From Vicinamibacteria bacterium (GTDB lineage: Bacteria; Acidobacteriota; Vicinamibacteria; Vicinamibacterales; JAENWD01): 64,000 nucleotides of DNA. Location of the stretch: NCBI GenBank assembly GCA_963796915.1, contig CAWCNI010000002.1, positions 72,565 to 136,564 on the forward strand. Reading direction: 5' to 3'. Below the pieces are notes generated by a model. That model saw nothing but the letters and a program-made list of their open reading frames with translations. It did not search any database and was not told the origin of the DNA. Below are positions 1 through 11,427 of the stretch, in pieces. A program made the position numbers and the translations under genes. Each line of letters starts with the position of its first letter. Position 1 is the first letter of the stretch.

Positions 1-3000
1 GCCGAGGACACCGAGTTCAGCAGGATGATGTCGGGCTGCGCGGCGATGGCCCGTTCGAGCAGGTCGTCGTTGCGCGCCTCGATGACGCTGTAGCCGCGTG
101 CGGTCAGCACGTCGGTCAGCGTTCGTACCGTTGTCGCGTCGTCGTCAACCACCATGACGCGCTTGTGAGACTTCTGCTGTTCGATCAGCGCCCCGACTTC
201 CCTGAACAACAGGTCGGTGTCGATCGGCTTGGTGAGGTAACGATCGACGCCAAGCCTGAAGCCGCGCTCGCGGTCCTGCACGATCGACAGGATGATGATC
301 GGGATGTCGACCGTCAGCGGGTCGTTCTTGAGCACCGCTGCGACGTCGAAGCCGTTCATCTCCGGCATCATCACGTCGAGCACGATCAGGTCGGGCCGAT
401 CGCGCCGGACGACGGCGATGGCTTCGCGCCCGTTGGGCGCCATCAGCACCTCGTAGCCGGCCTCGCTGAATTCCTGATGGAGCAGTTCGCGGATGTTCGC
501 CTCGTCGTCGACGACGAGGATCCGCGGCTGCCGTTCGTCCGTGCGTGGCGTCGTCACGATCACCTGATCGCGCAGCTGACGGATCAGCGCCGCCAGTTCG
601 ACAGGGCTGGAGCCAGGCGCCCGGTGCTCAACGGCGAGCGGCAGCGAGAAGGAGAAGGTGCTGCCTTTCCCGAGCTGGCTCTCCAGCCAGAGATGGCCGC
701 CGTGGTGCTCGACGATCTCCTTGCAGATGGGCAGGCCCAGGCCTGTGCCCTTCGGCTTGTCGGTGAGCGTGTCGCCCACCTGCTTGAACCGTTCGAACAC
801 CTTCGGCTGGTCGGCCGGCGAGATGCCAAGGCCCGTATCGGTGACGCCCACGACGATCTCGGAGCCTCGTCGCTCGACGCGGCAGGTGACTGTGCCTTCG
901 TCCGTGAACTTGACGGCGTTGGAGATCAGGTTGATGACTACCTGGATCAGACGGTCGCGATCGCCGGTGACCGGCGGCAGCGCGGCCGCGATCGCCTTCT
1001 CGAGCCGGACGTTCTTGTGCTCGAACAGCGACGCCGTGGCGGCGGTGGCGCGGTCGATGATCTCGCCGACGTCGACGGGCTCCATGTGCCATTCGAGCTT
1101 GCCGGCCTCGATCTTCGCCAGGTCCAGCACGTCGTCGATCAGCTTGGTGAGCCGTTCGCCTTCGCTGACGACGACCTGCAGGTTTTCCTCGACCTGCTTG
1201 ACTGTCTGCGCCACCTTGGGGTCGCCGGTATTCACCAGCGGGAAGATGCGATCTTCCAGACGCTTCCTGATGATTTTGGCGAAGCCGAGGACCGAGGTCA
1301 GCGGCGTCCGCAGTTCGTGGCTGACCGTGGAGAGAAACGCGCTCTTGGCCGCGTCGGCTTCCTCGGCAATGCCGCGCGCCTTCTCGGCTTCCTCGAACAG
1401 TCGCCGGATTTCGTGCTCGTGCTCGTTCAGCCGGCGGTAGGCGTGCGCGTTGTCCAGCGCGATCGCCGTATACGACGCCAGGCTGCGTATGACGCTGAGG
1501 TGGTGCTCGGTATACGCGTTCTTCCTGAAGCTCTGGATGGTGATGAGGCCGAGCACCTGCTCCTTGGCGATGAGCGGCAGGTAGATGAGCGACTGCGGCT
1601 CCTTGGACATCGAGCCGTCTTCGAGCGCCACACTCCTGGTCTTGTACTTGCTGATGTAGCGGCTGTATTCGTTCGGCAGGTCGTTGATGAAGATCGACTC
1701 GCCGTGCTGCACACACCACACCGGCAGTTGATCGCGATCCGTCGTGTCACGAGTGTACGGGGCATACCGCTTGCCGCCCTCCATCGCCAGCCGGTACTCG
1801 ATCTGGTTCTGCTCGGGGTGATAGAGGCCGACGCCGAAGACGTCGGCGTCGGCGAGCTCGTTCACGCGCTCGTAGAGCTTCCCGAAGATCGTGTCGAAGT
1901 CGAGCGACGAGGTGATCTCGCGGCCCATCTCGCTGAGCAGCTCGACGTTCTTCTTGCCTTCACTTTCGGTTTTCGCCAGCGACTCGGCGGCTTCGGCCCG
2001 AAGTTTGGCTTCGGCGAACTGCGCGCGTTGCCTCTCGATGCCGACGACCCGCCTGCGCGTCACGCGGGTGATCGCGACAAGCAACAAGCCGAACAGCGCG
2101 ACGTACGACGCGTACGCCCACCAGGTCCGGTACCACGGCGGCAGGATGGCGAAGCCGTAGGTGGCTTCATCGCCCATCAAGCCGCTGATGCCGCGCGCCC
2201 GGACGCGGAACCGGTAGTCGCCGGAGCCGAGGTTCGTGTACTCGCGCTGCGCTTCGTGCGTCCAGGCGGACCACTCGCTGTCGAAGCCGTCGAGGCGCGA
2301 CTGGTATTCCGTCGCCGACTCGTCCAGATACGTGGGCAGCGCGTACTCGAAGCGAAGACCGTTGGACGCCGCGTCCAGCTGCGTGCCCGTGGGGATTGCC
2401 GTCTCGCCGCCGTAGAGGAGCTTGTCGCCGGACCCGGTCACCTTGTGGATCAGCACCTGCCACGCCGGCGGCGCCTCCATCCGCTGGGAGGTGTCGTATC
2501 GCACGAGCCGGCCGTCAGCAAATTGCAGCCAGGCGATCGGGCCGTCCTTGAAAAAGCCCGCCATCGGCGTGGTTCCGAACCTGGCGAACATCGACGTGTC
2601 CGACGACCACGTCCCATCCGAGCCTCGTTGCATCACGGCGGTGTTCCGCCCGAGGTTCATGTAGATGCGACCCTCGGGGTCCGCGAAGAAGAATCCGCCG
2701 GCGAGCGCGAGGTTGACGCCGACGACGTGGTCGAACCCGGTCTCGCGGACGAACCGGTGAGTGGCGCCGTCGTAGCGCAGTGCCTGCGGGTCTATCAGGC
2801 CTCCCGTGAACAGGGGTTCGCCTTTGACGTCGGTGACGACGATGCCGCCTTCAGGCAGTCCTTCCGCCGTTCCGAAATGATCGATCTTGAACTGCGGGCG
2901 CGCACCGCCCGGTTCTGCTTTCGAAGCAGGCGTGACGCGGAGCAGTCCTTCGCCGTTGGTGCCCACCCACAGCGCCCCGTCCTTGTCCTCCATCAGCGTG

Positions 3001-4473
3001 CGGATCTCGGCGTTCACGACGCCTTCGACCCGCCCTTCCTCGACGAGGCGGCCACCAGCCCACTTGAAGGACTCGAGGCCGTCGAACAGGCCGGTCCAGA
3101 CGCGAGAAGGATCCATGCGCGACTGCAGAATCGCGTTCGGGCGAAAGCTGAGATCCTTGGTCTTCTTGATGGGGATCGCTTTCTGGCCCTGAACGTCGTA
3201 CAAGCCGTCGCCACATGCGAGCAGCACCTTCGACACGACCGGCGGTGTCGGGCTGGTGACTTTCTTGAACGCCCAGCACTGGGTACCGGTCCCTTCGACT
3301 GGCACAAAATGCGCCGGCACCATGCCGTCGGCTGACACCGGGGTCAGGGTCACTGCGCCGGACTGCATGCCGAGGTACGCTCGCCCGTCGATACGTTCCA
3401 TCGCCTGCACGCCGCTGCTCAGGCCGTCGGCCTGATTGAAATAGGAGACGGGCGACGGCGTCTCGACACGCGCGACGCCGTTGTCGAGGCCAAGCCACAG
3501 GGCGCCTTCGCGATCGCGCATCGCGTAGTACACGGTGTCGGATGGCAGACCGTTGGTGCGGCTGACCCGCATCGTCAGGTGGCCCTTGTGGTCCAGCATG
3601 ATGAGGCCCTTGCTGGTGGTCTCGATGACGAACACGTCTTCGGAGAGCACGAGGCCGCGGTAGACCTGGGTCGTCTTGAGAATCGAGTCGGCTTCGGTAG
3701 GGAACGGCGTCAGTGTGGCGCCGTCATAGAGGAACAGTCCGTCCTGACGCGTGCCGATCAGCAGCTGACGATCGTCGAAGCGGAGGACGACCGGGAAGGC
3801 TTCGTTGCCAATCGCCGCAGTGCCTGGCAGCGGCTTCAGTGTGTCCCCGACGAGTTCATTCAGTCCGGTCTCTGGCGTGACGACGTAGATCCGGTCGCCA
3901 ACCTGCGACGATCGGCCAAAGCGCGACTGGGCCTTGATCACCGTCATGTGGTCGTGCGACCAGCGGAAGATGGTTCGAATGGTCTGAAACACCATGCCGT
4001 CGGGCGTGACAAAGGTGCGCCAGACGTCGGCGAACGGCGGGGTGTTCTTCGGGAGCTTGTCGGCCAGCGAGACGTAACTCAGGACGCCGTGTTCGTCCGG
4101 TGCGAGATAGCCGAACGACCCGACGGCGCCGATCCAGAGCCGGCCGGTCTTGTCGAACGCCATGCCACGGACGGTCCCGCCCGTGGTGCCAACTGCCGTG
4201 CGACGCCACGACGCGCCGTCGGTACTGGAGCAGCGCGCCGTTGGTGGAGAAATACATGACGCCGCGGCTGTCCTGCGCCATGGCCCAGGTCTGGCTGCCG
4301 CCGCCGATTTCAAACGGCTGGTACGACCGGATGACCGGGCGTCCCTCTTCCGGGGCGCGCATGGGCACGCCGGCCGGCCGGGCAGCCGGAGCCGGAACCG
4401 AGGGCGTCTGCGCGGCAGCCGACAATCCGGTGCCCACGCACAGGCCAAGCGCAATCAGCGCAATTCGCGTCAT
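1..4473 (-). CDS. Membrane hybrid sensor histidine kinase (signal peptide, beta-propeller repeats, Y_Y_Y-type domain, TM, GAF, HisKA, HATPase, two receiver domains); runs off left edge; +1 frameshift at ~4221
   Basis: Manual minus-strand translation: MTRIALIALG signal; removing one base at 4221 gives LLQYDGASWRR in the same frame as the codons at the left edge; motifs STVSHELRTPL, GTGLGLPICKEIVEHHGG, ILVVDDE...PDLIVLDVMMP. Confidence 0.88.
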
Positions 4474-4682
4474 TCAGTCGGCTCCGATTGGCAAGACTAC
4501 GGCCCGCTGAAGGGCTGCGGGTGGGACGAACCGTTTACGGGGAGTGGTAGCGGCCACTTGAACGTGTCGAATGTCAGATTCTATCCCAACCTCTGCGGTT
4601 CATCGGGTGCGATCGCTCCAGCAGCAAGAATCGCGGTCGCCCGGCTGGGGAGGGCGTAATCTTCAACCAGGGAGCGTGAGTG

Positions 4683-5207
4683 ATGGGCCAGCTCTTCGCA
4701 TCCGGGTTGTTGGTCGCGATCGCGCTGCAGGCGCCGGCGCCAGCGCGGACGCCCGACTTCACCGGCGTGTGGGTCCCCGATGCCGCCCGGTCCACGCATT
4801 CCAAGGTCCTGAAGCCGTCGGCTGCCGGTGCTCCCGAGGCGCCGCCGGCGCCGGGCGAGGCTACGGCCCCACCGCCGACGATGCGCATCACGCAGAGCGA
4901 GCAGTCGGTGACGCTCGAGTTCCTGGACGACAAGTCGGCGCCGATTTCGACGCTGAAACTGACTGTCGACGGGCAGGAGAACGTCAATGCCCGTGCCGGC
5001 GGCGCGCTCTCGCAGGTCTCGACGACCCGCTGGGACCGGGCGGCGCTGGTCACGACCTGGCGTCTCAATCGCGAGGGCCAGACGGTGCTGCGCGGCGTGG
5101 ACCGCTGGGAACTCTCAGAGACCGGCGGGGAGTTGACTGTCTCGAGCCAGCTCGAAGACTCCACGTCCCGGACAGAGTCGCAGACGGTGTATGTGAAGAA
5201 ACCGTAA
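4683..5207 (+). CDS. Secreted hypothetical protein, beta-rich
   Basis: Signal peptide, PDFTGVW motif, alternating beta-strand pattern. Confidence 0.7.
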   Translation: MGQLFASGLLVAIALQAPAPARTPDFTGVWVPDAARSTHSKVLKPSAAGAPEAPPAPGEATAPPPTMRITQSEQSVTLEFLDDKSAPISTLKLTVDGQENVNARAGGALSQVSTTRWDRAALVTTWRLNREGQTVLRGVDRWELSETGGELTVSSQLEDSTSRTESQTVYVKKP

Positions 5208-5295
5208 GCAGTGCGGTACTGCGCCTCCCCTCACTGAACCGTTCCTCGCTCGGCGGCGTCTTGCCTGCCGAACGCGATGGCGCGCTATTCTCCCC

Positions 5296-5859
5296 ATGTT
5301 TATGCAGGAACTGGCCGGCCGCCTCGGCGGTGAATTCGTCGTCGTGGCCGAGGACCTCGACCGCGAGTTCGAGCGCCGGCTGGCCGAGACTTCGTCGCTG
5401 GCCTATCGCGTGGCCTTCAGCGTGTTGCGGCACCGCCAGGATGCCGAAGACGTCGCGCAGGACGCGTACGCGCGAGCGTTCCGGCGCTTCCGCTCGCTGC
5501 GGAACCCGGCGAAGTTCCGGAGCTGGCTCGTGCGGATGACATGGCGGCTGGCAATCGATCATCGTCGCAGCCAGAAACGACGAACGCTGCGTGAGCACGC
5601 AGACGTCCAGCCGGCGACACCCGGCGCAGGCCTGGATCCGGCGATCGCGCAGGAGCGGGCGGCCGCGCTGTGGCAAGCGATCGACGCGCTGCCGCCCAAA
5701 CTCCGCCTGGTGGTGGTGCTGGCCGCGATCGAAGAGCAGGACCACGCCCGCGTCGCCAGCGTGCTGGGTGTGCCGGTCGGCACAGTGAAGTCGCGCCTGT
5801 TCCTGGCGCGGCAGCAATTGAGAGAGCGGCTCCAATGCCACGCGACGTCGAAACGCTGA
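5296..5859 (+). CDS. ECF-family RNA polymerase sigma factor
   Basis: DAEDVAQDAY, FRSWLVRM (region 2); LGVPVGTVKSRLFLAR (region 4). Confidence 0.92.
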   Translation: MFMQELAGRLGGEFVVVAEDLDREFERRLAETSSLAYRVAFSVLRHRQDAEDVAQDAYARAFRRFRSLRNPAKFRSWLVRMTWRLAIDHRRSQKRRTLREHADVQPATPGAGLDPAIAQERAAALWQAIDALPPKLRLVVVLAAIEEQDHARVASVLGVPVGTVKSRLFLARQQLRERLQCHATSKR

Positions 5860-6434
5860 CCGACGCGGCGCTCGATCGCGAGCTGCAGGCGCTGCTGGAC
5901 GTCGAGCCGTCGGGCGACTTCACGGCCCGGGTACGGCTCGCCGTGGCATCGGCAACGGCCCCGAGACGATGGTGGCAGTCATGGCCGGCGGCCGCTGCGG
6001 CCAGCGCCGCACTGGCCGCTCTGGTCGTCGCCAGTCTGCTTCCAGGAGGACGGCCGGCGGCACGACCTGAAATGCTGCCGGCACGACTCGGAGACCGTGC
6101 CTCAGGGCAGAGCACGCCCGTGCCGGCCGCGCCGCAGGCGACGGCGATTCAGCGTGACGCTGCGAGTGCCGACGTTCCTGGCACAGTCCGGCGCGCGCGC
6201 ATGCGGACACTGGATCCGCGGCGGGGGATGCCCCCGCCCGCACCAGAAATCCTTGTGTCGGCCGACGACGTACGCGGGTACCGCGCACTGGTCGATCGGC
6301 CCGAAATCCTGACGATGACGATCGTCAGCAGTGTCGTGGCTTCGCTGCACGAGACGACGGAGATCGCGCCGATGGATGTCGCGCCGATCGTCGTGCCGCC
6401 CATCGGCGGCGCGCGTCAAGGAGGAAGTGAATGA
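5835..6434 (+). CDS. Putative single-TM anti-sigma factor
   Basis: ATG overlaps sigma 3' end; LDRELQALL..EPSGDFTARVR N-terminus then hydrophobic helix. Confidence 0.65.
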   Translation: MPRDVETLTDAALDRELQALLDVEPSGDFTARVRLAVASATAPRRWWQSWPAAAAASAALAALVVASLLPGGRPAARPEMLPARLGDRASGQSTPVPAAPQATAIQRDAASADVPGTVRRARMRTLDPRRGMPPPAPEILVSADDVRGYRALVDRPEILTMTIVSSVVASLHETTEIAPMDVAPIVVPPIGGARQGGSE

Positions 6435-7015
6435 GATTGTTTCCGATGCTGGTCAGCGGCGCGGCACTCTTCGTCGGGCTCAGCGGCGGAGTGGCCTACG
6501 CACAGCTGCCCGAAGGCGCTCCGGGACCGCCAGAGGCCGTCCAGATGGTTCCGGCTGCCCCTTCTCCACGGGCCGGCGAAATCCAGCTCTCGCTGACCAT
6601 CACCGTCGCAAGATACCAGGGCGACAAGAAGGTCAGCAGCGTGCCAAACGTCCTTTCTGTGGTGGCCAACAGCGGCCTCAGGGCCTCGGTCCGAATGGGG
6701 TCGCAGGTACCTGTGGCCACGCGGATGGGAGACGGACCGGTGGCGGCCTACAGCTACAAGGACGTGGGTCTGAATATCGATGCCGTAGGAAGGTCGTCAG
6801 GCGACAATCGATTCCGGCTGGATCTGACCATTGCGGACTCCTCGGTCGCCGAGGACACCACCGGCAAGGCAGGCGCGCAACCAGTATTCCGAAGCTTCCT
6901 CGCGAACGAGTCGATCCTGTTGCGGGACGGCCAGACCATCGAGTTCACTGCCGCCACCGACAAGTTGACCGGCGAAGTCACGAAGATCACCGCAGCGCTT
7001 GTGGTGTTGAAGTAG
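6431..7015 (+). CDS. Secreted protein with secretin-like beta segment
   Basis: ATGA overlap, GGAGG RBS, signal peptide, motif GSQVPV...YKDVGLNID. Confidence 0.65.
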   Translation: MRLFPMLVSGAALFVGLSGGVAYAQLPEGAPGPPEAVQMVPAAPSPRAGEIQLSLTITVARYQGDKKVSSVPNVLSVVANSGLRASVRMGSQVPVATRMGDGPVAAYSYKDVGLNIDAVGRSSGDNRFRLDLTIADSSVAEDTTGKAGAQPVFRSFLANESILLRDGQTIEFTAATDKLTGEVTKITAALVVLK

Positions 7016-7037
7016 GCGGCTGCACTGCCGCACGACA

Positions 7038-7348
7038 GGCCGATCTAAAGATCGGCCCTACCAACAATTCGGGACTGCCGCACCGCCGCAACAGGCCGAT
7101 CTGAAGATCGGCCCTACCGACAATTCGGGACTGCCGCACCGCCGCAACAGGCCGATCTGAAGATCGGCCCTACCGACAATTCGGGACTGCCGCACCGCCG
7201 CAACAGGCCGATCTGAAGATCGGCGCTACAGGAACGCCAGACGTGGACGACAGCCCGCCGCACGATCGGCCGATCTGAAGATCGGCCCTACCGAAAATTC
7301 GGGACTGCCGCACCGCCGCGAACAGGCCGATCTGAAGATCGGCCCTAC
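7038..7348 (-). repeat. Tandem array of six GTAG-type REP hairpins (GTAGGGCCGATCTTCAGATCGGCC)
   Basis: Copies at 7038, 7094, 7150, 7206, 7268, 7325; period 56-62 nt; between convergent genes. Confidence 0.92.
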
Positions 7349-7393
7349 GGGCGCCGGGCGTGAACGACAACACCGCAGCACGCCGCACTGAAT

Positions 7394-8936
7394 CTAGTGC
7401 GGCGCCGTCAGCGCGCTGTTGCTGACAAACGCAATCGACTTGCTGTCCGGCGACCACGACGGCACGTTGATCGTCCCCTGCCCGCCGAAGACATAGGCAA
7501 TCACCCGCGCGCCGGCGCCTTCGAGGTCCATCTGCCGCAGGTAGACCTGCCGGTAGAACGGATGCTCCGACGGGTCCACGTCAGCCAGGAACGACAGGAT
7601 CACCATCGACTTGCCGTCCGGCGCGATGTGCGGGAACCAGTTGTTGAACTCGTCGCCGGTGATCTGCTGCTGCTCGGTGCCGTCAGGCCGCATCTTCCAG
7701 ATCTGCATCCGCCCGGTGCGCGCCGAGTTGAAGAAGATCCATCGTCCGTCCGGCGTAGACTCCGGCCCGTCGTCGAGGCCCTTGGCTGTCGTCAGCCGGA
7801 TTTCGTCGCCGCCCGCCGACGGGATCTTGTAGATGTCGAAGTCGCCTTCGCGCTGCGCGGTGTAGTACATGAACGCGCCGTCGGGCGACCAGCTGTGAAA
7901 ATAAGACGGTGAGCCCTTCGTCATGCGTGTCGGCGCGCCCCCGGTGGACGGCATCTTGTAGACGACCGATCGGTTGCCGTCCTCGGCGCTGCTGCTGCTG
8001 ATGCCGAGCATGGCGCCGTCGAACGAGAGCACGTGGTCGTTGTTGTTGGACTGCACGGTGCCGCTGTCGAGCAGCGTCGGCGTCTTCGTCGCGAGGTCGA
8101 ACTTGTAGAGCTTGCCGCCGGCGTTGTAGATCAGCGACTTGCCGTCGCGCGTCCAGTTCGGCGCCTGAAACGATCCGGGTTCCGTGTAGAGCACCTTCAG
8201 ATCGGGCTTGCTCAGGTCCATCAGCTCGAGATTGCTCCCGATGTAGTCCCGATACGGCCGCCATCCTTCCGCCGGTGGCACGACGATGCGGACGTTGCTG
8301 AAGACGGCCTGCTCCGAGACCTTGGGGTTGTGCGCGCACACGAACAGGCCGACGTAGACCTCGTCAGGCAACTCCAGCTCGGTGAGCTCGGTCCGTGTGA
8401 ACGTCTCGCCGTAACGCGCGACGGACATGATGAACTGCTTGCCGCGGCGTTCGAGCTGGATGACGTCGGGGCCGGCCACCATGGAGGGCAGCTGATAGGT
8501 TGGCCCGCCCTTGACGCTGCGGGTACTGCAGCGAGGCGAGCCCGTTGCCGTGGATGGCCGCGTCGGCGTAGGTGGCGTCGGCGTCAAGGCTGCTGCGCAC
8601 GATCCATCCGAGCTTCCGATGCGCCTCGACGCCCTGACCGATGAATTTCGCGTGCGTCCGGACGATGAAATTGCCGGTCAGCTTCCGCCAGGCGAACTGA
8701 TATTCGTCCTTGGACGCCCACATGTTGGTGCCGGAGCCGACCATCGTGTAGGTCTGCGACTCGGCGTCGTAGACCGTCGAGCCTGTGAGCGCCGGGCTTC
8801 CGATGTCGCCGCTCGACTCGAAGTAGCCGAGCGAGGCCGCGCCCGACAGCCGGGCGGGGAATGCTGCCGCCACGACGAGGCCCACGGCCACGACGGCCAC
8901 CGTCGCCGTCAACAACGCACTCCTGGTTCGGGCCAT
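7394..8936 (-). CDS. Secreted TolB-like/PD40 beta-propeller protein with N-terminal beta-sandwich; +1 frameshift at ~8521-8523
   Basis: ORFs 8364-8951 and 7394-8587 join as LASLQYRSVKGGPT after removing one C; repeated WSPDG/APNWTRDG motifs. Confidence 0.85.
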
Positions 8937-9013
8937 CTGATTCCTCCGCATACGGGCAATCGGGTCGAAACGGCGACAGTGTATCCCCGGCCGCGTTCAG
9001 GCGGCTGCGGGCC

Positions 9014-9388
9014 TCACACGTTGCCGCAGTGCGGGCACTTCGCGGCCACCTGCAACCGCATGTTCCCGCAGGAGCTGCATTTCACCAGCGTGCCCGTCGG
9101 CCGCGAAAAGATGTACACGATCAGCCCGATGACGGGAGCAAGGAACACGAAGATCATCCAGACCACCGCGTTGTCCATGCCGCGGGACTTCGAGTCCTTC
9201 GCGACCCAGACGAGCAGGGCGATCTGCACGATCAGCAGGAGGACCGGAATCATCAGGAACGCGCTGCATCCCAGGCAGCCCAGGGCCCCCGCCGCCGCCC
9301 CGGCGGCGTCGTCTCCCGGTCGGCCCTGCGCGCTCAGATACGCCTGCGAAACGACCCACACGAAAGCCGCCGACGCCCGTTCGGTCAT
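9014..9388 (-). CDS. Small membrane protein with C-terminal zinc ribbon
   Basis: GGAGG RBS; hydrophobic helices ending GLIVYIFSRP; CSSCG...CPHCG. Confidence 0.78.
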   Translation of the reverse strand: MTERASAAFVWVVSQAYLSAQGRPGDDAAGAAAGALGCLGCSAFLMIPVLLLIVQIALLVWVAKDSKSRGMDNAVVWMIFVFLAPVIGLIVYIFSRPTGTLVKCSSCGNMRLQVAAKCPHCGNV

Positions 9389-9445
9389 GTGTCCTCCGGG
9401 AAACGGCACAGATTACACCCGGATGTGCTGGGAACAGCAAGTTCT

Positions 9446-9568
9446 GTAGCAGGCCGCAGGCGGCAGGCAGCGGGCAGCAAGCTGCGGGCAGAACACCGCG
9501 ATGCGGTGTGCTGGTGGGCCTTGCCGCCTAACGCCAGCCGCGCCTGCTGCCTGCTGCCTGCTGCCCGC
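9446..9568. repeat. Degenerate heptamer repeats (GCNGCAG) in two opposing arms
   Basis: GTAGCAG GCCGCAG GCGGCAG GCAGCGG... followed by (CTGCTGC)3. Confidence 0.65.
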
Positions 9569-9582
9569 GACGATGAACTCTC

Positions 9583-11415
9583 TTATCGCGCCAGGTGGAA
9601 CGGGATGTTGGTGACGACGGTGTTCGGCCTGAACAGGAGAGCGCCCTTGAGGATGAGCGCGCTCTGGTTGTGCAGCAGGTGCTGCCACCACCGGGCCGGC
9701 ACGAACTCCGGAAGGACGATCGTGACGTAGGCGTCCGGATGCGCCGCTTCGAGGTCGGTGATGTAGGTGAGGAGCGGCTCGAGGACGGCCCGGTACGGCG
9801 AGTCGAGCACCACCAGCGGCACGCCCTCGCCCCAGCGATCCCACTCGTGACGCACGCTCTCGATCGCGGCAGCATCGGAGCTGACGTAAAGGGCCCTCAC
9901 GTCATCCGAGAGTGTGTGGGCGTAGTGCAGGGCCTGAAGGACCGCGCGGTGCACGCCGCTCAGCGGCACCAGGACGATGTTGCGCAGTCGCGGCAGCGGG
10001 GTGAAGTCCTTCACGTTCAGCTGCAGCGCAACGTGGTCGTAGTGTCGGCGCGTGGCCCTGAACAGCATGACCAGCATCGGGATCAGCAGCAGGATGATCC
10101 ATGCGCCCTCTGCCGCCTTCGTGGTGGCGACCACCACCAGGACCACGGCGGTGACAACGGCGCCGATGCCGTTGACCAGGGCGCTGGCTCTCCACCCGGT
10201 CTCGCGCGTGCGCTTCCAGTGCAGCACCATCCCGAACTGCGACAGGGTGAACGACACGAACACGCCGATCATGTAGAGCGGGATCAGCGCGTGGGTGTCG
10301 CCGCCGAAGATCACCAGCAGCACGCCGGCGCAGACGCTGAGCACGACGATGCCGTTCGAGAAGGCGAGCCGATCGCCCTGGTTCATGAATTGACGCGGCA
10401 GGTACCTGTCGCGCGACACGATTGACGCCAGGCGCGGAAAATCGGCGTACGCGGTGTTGGCAGCGAGCACGAGGATCAGCATCGTGCCCGCCTGGATCAT
10501 GTAGTACAGCGTGCCGCGGCCGCCGAAGACGGCGCGCCCGATCTGCGACACGACGGTTTCGGTGTCGCTCGGCACGATGCGATAGACGTGGGCCAGCAGC
10601 GTGATCCCCACGAACATCGTCACGGCGAGCACCGCCATGATGACGAGCGTGAAGGCAGCGTTGCGGCTCTCCGGCTTGCGAAAGGCCGGCACGCCGTTGG
10701 AAACGGCCTCGACGCCGGTCATCGCCGTGCACCCGTTGGCAAAGGCCGTCAGGATCACGAACAGGCCGAGCGGGTGTACGGGGAGCGATGAGGCGGCATC
10801 GGCGATCGGCACGACAGTGCCAGTCGCGAACCGCCAGGCGCCGGCGCCAATCATGACGAGCATGCCGGCGATGAAGAAATAGGTTGGCACCGAGAAGATT
10901 CGCCCCGATTCCCGCAGCCCGCGCAGGTTGCCGATCGCGAGAATCGTCATGAAGGCGATCGACAGCTCGACGCGGCTGACGTGAAGGGCAGGGAAGGCCG
11001 ACGTCAGTGCGGCGACGCCCGCCGCGATGCTGACGGCTACCGTCAGCGTGTAGTCGATCAGGAGCGCCGCCGCAGCGATCAGCGCCGGCGTGTCACCCAG
11101 GTTGTCCTTCGCGACCAGATACGCGCCGCCGCCGCTCGGGTACGCGTAGATCGTCTGACGGTACGAGAACGCCACGATGAGCAGAAGCAGCGCGATGACG
11201 CCGCTGACCGGCGTCGACAGCGAGAGCGCGGCAGCGCCGCCAATCATCAGGACGCGAAGAATTTCCTCTGTCGCGTAGGCCACTGACGACAGCGCGTCGG
11301 ACGACAGCACCGCCAGCCCGGTGACCCGGGACAGGCGCTCGTGCTCGGCATGGGCGGAAGAAATAGGGCTGCCGACAAGCAGCCGCTTGATCCCGGCGAG
11401 GGGACGGATCGCCAA
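9583..11415 (-). CDS. kimA: APC-superfamily transporter, KimA/YdaO-like K+ importer
   Basis: LAVLSSDALSSVAYATEEI, YPSGGGAY, TGVEAVSNGVP, C-terminal LLHNQSA cytoplasmic domain; upstream ydaO riboswitch. Confidence 0.85.
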   Translation of the reverse strand: MAIRPLAGIKRLLVGSPISSAHAEHERLSRVTGLAVLSSDALSSVAYATEEILRVLMIGGAAALSLSTPVSGVIALLLLIVAFSYRQTIYAYPSGGGAYLVAKDNLGDTPALIAAAALLIDYTLTVAVSIAAGVAALTSAFPALHVSRVELSIAFMTILAIGNLRGLRESGRIFSVPTYFFIAGMLVMIGAGAWRFATGTVVPIADAASSLPVHPLGLFVILTAFANGCTAMTGVEAVSNGVPAFRKPESRNAAFTLVIMAVLAVTMFVGITLLAHVYRIVPSDTETVVSQIGRAVFGGRGTLYYMIQAGTMLILVLAANTAYADFPRLASIVSRDRYLPRQFMNQGDRLAFSNGIVVLSVCAGVLLVIFGGDTHALIPLYMIGVFVSFTLSQFGMVLHWKRTRETGWRASALVNGIGAVVTAVVLVVVATTKAAEGAWIILLLIPMLVMLFRATRRHYDHVALQLNVKDFTPLPRLRNIVLVPLSGVHRAVLQALHYAHTLSDDVRALYVSSDAAAIESVRHEWDRWGEGVPLVVLDSPYRAVLEPLLTYITDLEAAHPDAYVTIVLPEFVPARWWQHLLHNQSALILKGALLFRPNTVVTNIPFHLAR

Positions 11416-11427
11416 TGGAAACTCCCA

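Noticed and set aside
165..3335. 1056-aa plus-strand ORF and other long antisense ORFs (e.g. 17925-20219, 26750-29134, 50480-52555, 59346-61790)
   Set aside because: Shadow frames of real high-GC genes on the opposite strand; no recognisable motifs
7038..7348. CRISPR array
   Set aside because: Four of five spacers are near-identical, there are no cas genes or leader, and the same hairpin is dispersed as REP elsewhere
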